A DNA stretch of 6,299 bases from a virus. The translations under genes were made by a program, and so were the position numbers. This document shows positions 1 through 5,473 of the stretch, piece by piece. The notes below the pieces were generated by a model that did no database searches, was not told the origin of the DNA, and saw nothing but the letters and a program-made list of their open reading frames with translations. Every line of letters begins with the position of its first letter. Positions within the stretch are counted from its first letter, which is position 1. Location of the stretch: IMG/VR virus record IMGVR_UViG_3300045988_067657, positions 1 to 6,299 of that record; one strand, 5' to 3'.

Positions 1-99
1 CCATATGAGCCATTACCACTCTGTTGTTGCAAACGATACAGTTTATCCAACGCAAAAGCGGCACGAATATTATGTACAGGAATAGCCATGGGTCCATTA
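1..99. repeat. Terminal direct repeat from the assembly overlap of a circular genome; exact copy of 6201..6299
   Basis: Base-by-base comparison shows 1..99 (ccatatgagccattaccact...ggtccatta) is identical to 6201..6299. The capsid reading frame runs without a stop across the implied junction. Confidence 0.95.
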
Positions 100-1019
100 G
101 TAGTAATATTGGCACCAATCGTAGCACCCTTAGAAACACTATTATTGGTAACAGATAAACCAGAAGCCGTTAAATCATCAGTTTTGGCATTAAAAGTATA
201 AGCAGAACCAACAACAGATCGATTAAATGAAGAGAAATTAACTGATTGCGTTACAAAGGGAGCACCTTGAAACGAAGGTTTTACAGATGTAAAAAAATCC
301 TGTGCCCAATTACGATAGCGTAATTGGAAAAGAGAATTTAATCTCTTACTATCACTTGCCGCAGTAATAATAGTATTAAATTTATCGTCAAAGTTAAAAG
401 CAGAAACATCTACAGGCTCCCAATAAGGGTTTCGATAAAAATCCTGATAAACTTTCTGATAAGCCGCAAAACGGAAAGGGTTCAAATAAGGAGATTTCTG
501 AACGTCAGTTCCTGTGCCGTATTCATCAGGATAATTCTCTTTATCAACAGGACGAACAGTAGAGAAGCCATAACCGAGCAAATCAAAAAGACGAAGAGCA
601 CCGAAAGTTCGCTTACAACCAAGACCATCAGTTCCGAAAGCAGTAGAATACCAATTACGCAAAGACGCAAGAGACAATTTAGGTAAACTTCCGGAAAAGG
701 CGTTGATAGTATCAAGAGAAGATGAAGGATATTTTGTACCAACAACAAACTGATTAAATTGACGGCACAAAGTCCTCATAGGCACAAAGAAAAATTCGAC
801 GTGCTGACGCATACGAACAAAAGCAGCAGAATTAAGCGGCATTGTACGTAAGAAAATCTGAGGATTGATTTCATAATGCTCGTTTGGCAAAACCTCAGTA
901 CAAGAAATGGGCAACAACATACCAGGCGCACAGCTGAAAACATCATTGTGCGACAAATCAAAGGCATTCCGTTCAGGATGAGCCTTTAAAACGTTTAAAT
1001 TAAATACACTTTGTTTCAT
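1..1019 (-). CDS. VP1: Microviridae major capsid protein VP1 (F-like), N-terminal part; continues across the circular junction into 5474..6200
   Basis: Hand translation from the ATG at 1019..1017 gives MKQSVFNLNVLKAHPERNAFDLSHNDVFSCAPGMLLPISCTEVLPNEHYEINPQIFLRTMPLNSAAFVRMRQHVEFFFVPMR...RLFDLLGYG...NPFRFAAYQKVYQDFYRNPYW...TIGANITTNGPMAIPVHNIR. There is no stop codon down to position 1. It is in frame with the 5474..6289 ORF ((1019-89) is divisible by 3). The RNxFDLSH, GxLxP and AYQKxYxDxYR blocks are typical of microvirus capsid proteins. It is missing from the ORF track only because it runs off the window edge. The full CDS is 1746 nt, 581 aa. Confidence 0.9.
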   Translation of the reverse strand, partial: MKQSVFNLNVLKAHPERNAFDLSHNDVFSCAPGMLLPISCTEVLPNEHYEINPQIFLRTMPLNSAAFVRMRQHVEFFFVPMRTLCRQFNQFVVGTKYPSSSLDTINAFSGSLPKLSLASLRNWYSTAFGTDGLGCKRTFGALRLFDLLGYGFSTVRPVDKENYPDEYGTGTDVQKSPYLNPFRFAAYQKVYQDFYRNPYWEPVDVSAFNFDDKFNTIITAASDSKRLNSLFQLRYRNWAQDFFTSVKPSFQGAPFVTQSVNFSSFNRSVVGSAYTFNAKTDDLTASGLSVTNNSVSKGATIGANITTNGPMAIPVHNIRAAFALDKLYRLQQQSGNGSY

Positions 1020-1024
1020 AATCA

Positions 1025-2614
1025 CTAAAATTTATATAAATCATTAAACTTTTTCTTATAATCAAATTTTTGAATCTGAGATAACAACTTATCTTGATTA
1101 CTCCTTACGAAAGGCGTATCAATAATAGAATTATAAACGTCGGTACGTAGAAAGCAACTATTATAAACAGACGAAAAATCAATATTCAACTGTCTAAAAA
1201 CCTTAGAAAGAGATAAACCACCATAAACAGGCTTTGAATAAAAATCAAACTTACTACAAGTTAAAGGCAAAGTCTTCCAAACATAAGGATAAAAAGCCAA
1301 CGTTTCAAAGGGGCTAACCTTACGAGAAGATAAAACCTCTTGAGAGCGATAATAAGAATTAAGCAAATATAAAGAATAATTGTTATACATATTACGCATA
1401 TTATTTAAAATATCAACAAGTGTAAAAGTAACATTCTTATACATGCCAACTACATAACCGAATTCATTTCGTTTCGGAAACGAAAAAGAACCATGTAACA
1501 ACCGACGAACACATTTAAACCAAAGATAATCCCGATACCTGAAAGAACCTTTGAAATTCAGGTAAGCATCACCACGCAAATGGCACTCAATATAACGATG
1601 TTCTACTGAATCATAGACTTTTTGATAGTCTCCTGATGCATACTTTTTATATAACCGTAATTCATAATCAAAATTACCTTCGCCATATCCGCAATATTTG
1701 CGGAAGTATCTAGATAAAACTTTGTGGGGAAACAGGCTAAAGGAAACTTCACCTGTTTTAGCATCAACCGAAGGTCGTTCGAAATTGTTGTTAACGAAGC
1801 AGTCGAATATTTCCTTTTCGTTAATTTTGAAAGAGCCCAAAGCTGGGTTTTTACTTGCCAAATGGAACGGGCGGGTAAATTCAGTTGACAAAACTTTAGG
1901 CAGACGTGCAAAGCCATTAACATATTTCGCAACGTACTGTGGAGCGGAACTGCTGACGAGTTGAACATCGCATCGCTCAGGACTACACATCGCCCAAGCC
2001 TCAAATATAAGCTTTGGCAAGTCTCCGGCAATTCGGTCGTCATCACAGAAGAGGATGCCGTGATAATGTGGGCGGTAAGTGGCTGGACCGTACTCAGCTG
2101 CGACAAAGTAACGGATTTTAGATGAGGGAACATTTCCATATTTTCTTACAAGTTTAATTCTTAAACGTTTAATAAATTTCTGAATATCAGGCTTATAGCA
2201 AAAGCCAAAACCAGTCGAATAGGGATTATGCTGAGGTTCAGCGTACCAAGAATCCTCCAAATCAAAATCTAATTCTGGTAATTCTAATCCATGAGCATCA
2301 AGCAAAGGCTTATTACCTCGAAAAGCACGAAAATAAACACCACTTTCAGATGGATAAGCATAATACATGGGCATATGCTCATTATCATAAGTAAGAGTGA
2401 CGAAAAAATTATACTTATGAGCTCTACACTCATCTTCAATACGATTCTGCAAATCTCGAGCATAAGAAGAACGACAAGCCGCACAGACACGACAAGGCGC
2501 CAATACATAATCACCTAAATATGGGTTGTAAACCAAATTCGGGCTAAAACAAGATACAGGACTCTTAACATCCGCAACTGTTCGCTGAGAATATACGGAA
2601 TCTTGAATAAACAT
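1025..2614 (-). CDS. VP4: Rolling-circle replication initiator, Microviridae VP4 / phiX174 gpA-like HUH endonuclease (529 aa)
   Basis: ATG at 2614..2612 and TAG at 1027..1025. HUH superfamily motifs are visible: motif I FFVTLTY (aa 70-76), motif II HYHGILF (aa 183-189; cattatcac on the minus strand at 2068..2060), and motif III with two tyrosines, QYVAKYV (aa 226-232), matching the YxxKY pattern of phiX174 A. There is a Cys cluster, PCRVCAAC, near the N-terminus. Confidence 0.92.
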   Translation of the reverse strand: MFIQDSVYSQRTVADVKSPVSCFSPNLVYNPYLGDYVLAPCRVCAACRSSYARDLQNRIEDECRAHKYNFFVTLTYDNEHMPMYYAYPSESGVYFRAFRGNKPLLDAHGLELPELDFDLEDSWYAEPQHNPYSTGFGFCYKPDIQKFIKRLRIKLVRKYGNVPSSKIRYFVAAEYGPATYRPHYHGILFCDDDRIAGDLPKLIFEAWAMCSPERCDVQLVSSSAPQYVAKYVNGFARLPKVLSTEFTRPFHLASKNPALGSFKINEKEIFDCFVNNNFERPSVDAKTGEVSFSLFPHKVLSRYFRKYCGYGEGNFDYELRLYKKYASGDYQKVYDSVEHRYIECHLRGDAYLNFKGSFRYRDYLWFKCVRRLLHGSFSFPKRNEFGYVVGMYKNVTFTLVDILNNMRNMYNNYSLYLLNSYYRSQEVLSSRKVSPFETLAFYPYVWKTLPLTCSKFDFYSKPVYGGLSLSKVFRQLNIDFSSVYNSCFLRTDVYNSIIDTPFVRSNQDKLLSQIQKFDYKKKFNDLYKF

Positions 2615-2615
2615 A

Positions 2616-2813
2616 CTACTTTGTTTTTAAAACGCCATTATGGTAAATATAAGTTGTATCTGTCGTAACAATGGTTGTTTTACCAGAACCATCAACGTTA
2701 TGAGAAACTGAACAACTAGTAAGAGTAAAAATACCCAAAGCTGAACCAATCAAACCAAGTGCATAAATAAGCACCTTAATAATAATTTTAATAATTTCTT
2801 TCTCCATAAACAT
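2616..2813 (-). CDS. Small membrane or lipoprotein-like protein (65 aa from the ATG at 2813; 63 aa if 2807), function unknown
   Basis: The track start at 2822 is a TTG. The first ATGs are at 2813 and 2807. The sequence is MFMEKEIIKIIIKVLIYALGLIGSALGIFTLTSCSVSHNVDGSGKTTIVTTDTTYIYHNGVLKTK: a charged n-region, a ~19-aa hydrophobic core, then L-T-S-C, which fits the lipobox pattern [LVI][ASTVI][GAS]C. Its stop (TAG at 2618..2616) is 1 nt from the Rep ATG, which suggests coupled expression. Confidence 0.6.
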   Translation of the reverse strand: MFMEKEIIKIIIKVLIYALGLIGSALGIFTLTSCSVSHNVDGSGKTTIVTTDTTYIYHNGVLKTK

Positions 2814-2818
2814 GTAAT

Positions 2819-3025
2819 TCAAACTAATTGAAAAAATACACGATTATCATACGAATAAATAATATCCGTAAAAGATATTTGAGGATGAACAAATGTATCT
2901 TTAATCAAACACACAAAATCATCAATATTATCAACAGAAACCGCATAATGTAAAACACGAGTTGTAGTAACATCAGTATAGGATATCACACAACGAAGAT
3001 ACTGAGATAACTTTTTCTTTTCCAT
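2819..3025 (-). CDS. Hypothetical protein (68 aa), first gene after the long noncoding region
   Basis: ATG at 3025..3023 and TGA at 2821..2819. It is on the same strand as all other genes and tightly packed against them. It shares the gene-start context AATTTTTGGCTTATG with VP2 and the 145-aa gene. I recognise no motif. Confidence 0.5.
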   Translation of the reverse strand: MEKKKLSQYLRCVISYTDVTTTRVLHYAVSVDNIDDFVCLIKDTFVHPQISFTDIIYSYDNRVFFQLV

Positions 3026-3091
3026 AAGCCAAAAATTTTATTTTTACATAAAAAATCTATATCAGAAACCTTAAGTAACTGATTTCGAAAG

Positions 3092-3099
3092 CAAAGATA
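3092..3099 (-). promoter_or_regulatory. Candidate Bacteroidota-type -7 promoter box TATCTTTG (TAnnTTTG) for the minus-strand transcription unit
   Basis: It is the only exact TAnnTTTG I found on the minus strand within the noncoding gap, 67 nt upstream of the ATG at 3025. There is no matching TTTG -33 element at the expected spacing. Confidence 0.2.
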
Positions 3100-3156
3100 A
3101 ACAATATTTATTTATAACCGGTATTATGTAAACGATTTTTAATTTACTTTTACAAT

Positions 3157-3170
3157 ATTTCACGTGAAAT
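3157..3170. promoter_or_regulatory. Perfect 14-bp palindrome ATTTCACGTGAAAT (candidate dimeric protein-binding site)
   Basis: The sequence equals its own reverse complement and is centred on CACGTG. It is flanked by imperfect extensions: ttac (3150..3153) and gtaa (3171..3174). Confidence 0.35.
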
Positions 3171-3272
3171 GTAAAGTTAGAGTTTACAAAAAGGGAGCGA
3201 ATGCCTTATACGTTGCGTCTAACGACCCTATTTTTACATAGTGTGTCAGTAATCGGATATGAGACAAGAGAT

Positions 3273-3298
3273 GGAGTGTTTGACGGAAGCAAACACCC
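3273..3298. other. Stem-loop gg(a)gtgtttg-acggaag-caaacacc(c)
   Basis: A 7-bp perfect stem (3276..3282 pairing with 3290..3296) with a 7-nt loop. It extends by two G-C pairs across a 1-nt bulge. Confidence 0.7.
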
Positions 3299-3317
3299 TT
3301 ACAGGGATTACGACCTT

Positions 3318-3352
3318 TCCGAGTTCCTATTAGTGTATGCTTGCGAGCCTAT
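3318..3352. repeat. Direct repeat copy 1 (35 nt): tccgagttcctattagtgtatgcttgcgagcctat
   Basis: Matches 3554..3588 at 33 of 35 positions. The mismatches are at 3320 (c versus t) and 3330 (t versus c). Spacing is 236 bp. Confidence 0.9.
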
Positions 3353-3365
3353 TGTTACTAGCGAT

Positions 3366-3411
3366 TAGGGGCGTTGCCCCTATAACCCCAGTTCCGCCTA
3401 GCGCGCGGAAC
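3366..3411. other. Two adjacent GC-rich stem-loops
   Basis: The first is ttaggggc-gtt-gcccctaa (3366..3382; 7 bp with a triloop). The second is gttccgc-ctagcgc-gcggaac (3391..3411; 7 bp with a 7-nt loop). Confidence 0.75.
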
Positions 3412-3436
3412 CGAGCGCGTTGTGCCTACCGGCGGT

Positions 3437-3464
3437 CTTCCTTTTGGCATTGCCCAAAAGGAAG
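3437..3464. other. Strong stem-loop (11-bp stem, 6-nt loop)
   Basis: cttccttttgg (3437..3447) pairs perfectly with ccaaaaggaag (3454..3464); the loop is cattgc. No U-tract follows on either strand. Confidence 0.85.
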
Positions 3465-3529
3465 CGAAAAGGCTAGTGTTTTTCATAGTATTGGAGCCTA
3501 ACGGGTTGAGTTTCCACGGCTGGGTTGAC

Positions 3530-3547
3530 GCATCCTTTTACGGATGC
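3530..3547. other. Stem-loop gcatcc-ttttac-ggatgc
   Basis: A 6-bp perfect stem with a 6-nt loop, lying just upstream of direct repeat copy 2. Confidence 0.7.
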
Positions 3548-3553
3548 TCACAC

Positions 3554-3588
3554 TCTGAGTTCCTACTAGTGTATGCTTGCGAGCCTAT
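3554..3588. repeat. Direct repeat copy 2 (35 nt): tctgagttcctactagtgtatgcttgcgagcctat
   Basis: See copy 1. Sequence identity stops abruptly on both sides. Confidence 0.9.
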
Positions 3589-3599
3589 GAGTGTATGCT
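3584..3599. repeat. Third copy of the 16-mer core CCTAYKAGTGTATGCT
   Basis: The three copies are cctattagtgtatgct (3326..3341), cctactagtgtatgct (3562..3577) and cctatgagtgtatgct (3584..3599). The last two are tandem with a 22-bp period. Confidence 0.8.
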
Positions 3600-3730
3600 A
3601 ATAGAGACAGGTCTAAAATTTAAAAATTCACGATTTAACAAATAATACAATTGAAAATAGTATAATGAAAATAAGAATAATGAATAAAGATAAAAGGATA
3701 GCTTTCTATTTTGTCAAGAAGAAAGCAACA

Positions 3731-3763
3731 AATAAAAAATGCGTCTACTGTAATAGTAGGCGC
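3731..3763 (-). terminator. Rho-independent terminator immediately downstream of VP2
   Basis: The minus strand reads GCGCCTACT-ATTAC-AGTAGACGC followed by ATTTTTTATTTGTTGC. This is a 9-bp stem (3741..3749 pairing with 3755..3763, one G-U pair) with a 5-nt loop and a T-run. It begins 8 nt after the VP2 stop codon. Confidence 0.7.
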
Positions 3764-3770
3764 ATAAGAA

Positions 3771-4970
3771 CTATTTAAAAGAACCTAACTTGAGAGGGTT
3801 AACCTGATTAAAAGTTTCACCAAGATTCCACATAAATCGACCTAAATAACCAGTACCAAACCATAATTTTTCACGATTATAGTTAAAATGCTGCTGAGTT
3901 TCCAACTGCTGGACACCTACTCTAATAGAACGCTCAAGATATTTGCTTTCAATACCAAAACGAGTTGATTCACGAGAATTCTGCTGAGTACGATACCAAT
4001 TTTGACTTTCAACAGAAGAAGCATTTGATAAAGATGTATTCCAAGAAGCCTTAGAACTAAGCCATGAAGCGTTAGCTGAAAGCATAGCAGCAGCCGCATA
4101 CTTAGCAGCAAGAGCTGTCTGTTTTTCTGTCCAATGTTGTTGCGCCTTCTGGTACGCAATTTCGGCAGTCATTTTGCCAATCGTCAACTGGGCAATATCA
4201 CGCTGAGCAGGCAAAATGAATTTGTTTGTAAAAGCCTTAGTAGCAACGTCATACTGAGAACCTACAGTCTGCAGATTTGCTTGAGCAACACGGGCATAAC
4301 TTTCTCGCTCTTGATTTTTGGTAATATTTATCAAAGATTGCATATTAGCATTATATAACTCATTAGCCATCTTTTTAGCTTGATTATCATATTCAAGACC
4401 TTGCACACGCTTAGTCATTGACAAAAGATTTTCTGTATTTTGTATCTGCAAAGCTTTAGTCTGTTCCAACTGATACAAATTACCGACAAATTGATTAGAT
4501 GCATTAGAAATCGCAGAGCCAAACTGCTGCGCACCTTGAGCCTTCATATTATACGCTTCCGCACCACTCTGTTGACGAGCCATATCAGTAGACATAAGTG
4601 ATTCGGCTTGACCAGAGTTGATATTACCTAACGCAAAATAAGGATTAATACCAGCTTCCTCATAGCGAGCACGCTGAGCGGCAGGCGAATTATAAGCATT
4701 CTGACGATTCCACTGTGCCAAATTCCAATCATTCTGATATTGAGCAAGTTTAAGATTAGCGGCATTTGTTTCGCGGGTAGCTTGTAAAGCAGCTTTCGCA
4801 GCAGCATCAGAACCCTGTTTTGCGGCAGAACCACCAAGTATTGAACCTGCAGCAGAAACGACAGGACCAATAATCGGAGCAGCTGAAATCAATGAACCGA
4901 GAAAACTATTTTTAAATTGATGAGGTAAAAACTCCGTATTACCAACATCCCGAAATCTAATATGTAACAT
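3771..4970 (-). CDS. VP2: Minor capsid / DNA pilot protein VP2 (phiX174 H-like), 399 aa from the ATG at 4970
   Basis: The track start at 4976 is a TTG; the ATG is at 4970..4968. The N-terminus has a Gly/Ala-rich hydrophobic segment (FLGSLISAAPIIGPVVSAAGSILGGSAA). This is followed by the conserved-looking block NAYNSPAAQRARYEEAGINPYFALGN and a long Q/A/N-rich region that looks like a coiled coil, as in microvirus pilot proteins. Stop is TAG at 3773..3771. Confidence 0.8.
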   Translation of the reverse strand: MLHIRFRDVGNTEFLPHQFKNSFLGSLISAAPIIGPVVSAAGSILGGSAAKQGSDAAAKAALQATRETNAANLKLAQYQNDWNLAQWNRQNAYNSPAAQRARYEEAGINPYFALGNINSGQAESLMSTDMARQQSGAEAYNMKAQGAQQFGSAISNASNQFVGNLYQLEQTKALQIQNTENLLSMTKRVQGLEYDNQAKKMANELYNANMQSLINITKNQERESYARVAQANLQTVGSQYDVATKAFTNKFILPAQRDIAQLTIGKMTAEIAYQKAQQHWTEKQTALAAKYAAAAMLSANASWLSSKASWNTSLSNASSVESQNWYRTQQNSRESTRFGIESKYLERSIRVGVQQLETQQHFNYNREKLWFGTGYLGRFMWNLGETFNQVNPLKLGSFK

Positions 4971-4973
4971 AAG

Positions 4974-5008
4974 CAAAAATTAAATAGTGCAGAGAAAACT
5001 CTGCACTA
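4974..5008 (-). terminator. Hairpin plus T-rich tract between the 145-aa gene and VP2; candidate partial (attenuating) terminator or mRNA-stabilising hairpin
   Basis: There is a perfect 9-bp stem: agtgcagag (4986..4994) pairs with ctctgcact (4999..5007), with a 4-nt loop. On the minus strand it is followed by ATTTAATTTTTGCTT, which leads straight into the VP2 ATG. Confidence 0.45.
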
Positions 5009-5017
5009 AATTAATAA

Positions 5018-5455
5018 CTAAGATTCAGAAACTGGCTCCGGCTCAGACTCAGACTCTGGCTCTGGGTCTGGGTCAACCTGATTAGAGTCAACATTAAGTT
5101 GCTCCAAAGCTTTAGAGACATATTCAGTAAATTCAGCCATTTCAGAAAGTGACTGCAAATTACGAGGTTTAAGCAACTGCAACTTTATAGCATCATCAAC
5201 ACCTTGGAGAGCAGAAGAAGAAGATGGCAAAGTTTCAAGCTTAGACATCAAAGAGTCACGCAACAAAGGGCTCTCAGTATGCAAAATCTGAGATAACAAA
5301 TCAGAAAGTTGACCCGACGTAGGGTCTTGAGGAAACAAATTAGCAGCTTCCTCAACATCAAGAGGAGAAGGAACAGCAAGAATGTCCTTATCACTTGGTA
5401 AAATAGAAACATCTACAGAATAGAGTTTATTATAATATATAGCACGATTAAACAT
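5018..5455 (-). CDS. Acidic 145-aa protein between VP1 and VP2; possible internal scaffolding (VP3-like) protein, assignment tentative
   Basis: ATG at 5455..5453 and TAG at 5020..5018. The protein is strongly acidic and Ser/Leu-rich, with a C-terminal low-complexity tail DPDPEPESESEPEPVSES. The scaffold call rests on position and charge, not on a recognised motif. Confidence 0.6.
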   Translation of the reverse strand: MFNRAIYYNKLYSVDVSILPSDKDILAVPSPLDVEEAANLFPQDPTSGQLSDLLSQILHTESPLLRDSLMSKLETLPSSSSALQGVDDAIKLQLLKPRNLQSLSEMAEFTEYVSKALEQLNVDSNQVDPDPEPESESEPEPVSES

Positions 5456-5473
5456 AAGCGTAAAATTAAAAAG

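Larger units (their letters stand above)
3190..3602. other. GC-enriched, hairpin-dense noncoding island of unknown nature (candidate structured ssDNA replication element, ncRNA, or acquired foreign segment)
   Basis: Hand counts of G+C: 3361..3420 has 40/60 and 3181..3600 has 204/420. The flanks are much lower: 3601..3720 has 25/120 and 3061..3120 has 16/60. No ORF of 60 aa or more on either strand. The island contains at least five stable stem-loops and a set of direct repeats (listed separately). Confidence 0.6.

Noticed and set aside
1698-1964. Plus-strand ORFs antisense to Rep and VP2 (1698..1964, 2291..2518, 4134..4358)
   Set aside because: They are antisense to strongly supported genes. 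They are short, have low-complexity composition, and have no start context or motifs.
1603-2139. 178-aa ORF nested in the Rep gene on the same strand (a possible overprinted gene like phiX174 B or K)
   Set aside because: Every same-strand nested ORF in the track is in the +1 frame of its host gene (offsets 475, 100, 271, 52, 811 and 100 nt are all 1 mod 3; the start at 6297 lies 8 nt upstream of a codon start, also 1 mod 3). The +1 frame is therefore systematically poor in stop codons because of codon usage. The sequence is Leu/Ser/Thr-rich and looks like typical off-frame translation. It would deserve a second look only if relatives show suppressed synonymous variation in Rep here.
2284-2514. 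76-aa minus-strand ORF inside Rep; also 3917..4159 and 4628..4870 inside VP2
   Set aside because: These are the same class of +1-frame, Leu-rich artefact, fully embedded in well-supported genes.
2814-2822. Track start codons at 2822 (small ORF) and 4976 (VP2)
   Set aside because: Both are TTG on inspection. In-frame ATGs lie 3 codons (2813) and 2 codons (4970) downstream. The 4970 ATG carries the conserved GCTTATG context, so the ATG starts are preferred.
3039-3050. 12-nt repeat tatttttacata (also at 3229..3240)
   Set aside because: It is short and AT-rich in an AT-rich context. Chance recurrence is plausible and there is no associated symmetry or conserved spacing.
3437-3464. The 11-bp hairpin as an intrinsic terminator
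   Set aside because: No U-rich tract follows directly on either strand (cgaaaaggc on the plus strand, accgccggt on the minus strand).
3360-3560. tRNA, tmRNA or ribozyme in the GC island
   Set aside because: On neither strand did I find a T-loop (GTTCRANYC) with cloverleaf spacing, a tmRNA, RNase P or SRP signature, or a hammerhead CUGAUGA...GAAA core. This check was by eye only, so a covariance-model search is still needed.
3318-3588. Direct repeats as a mini-CRISPR array
   Set aside because: There are only two full copies, the ~200-bp spacing is far too long for a spacer, the repeat has no clear palindromic repeat structure, and there are no cas genes.
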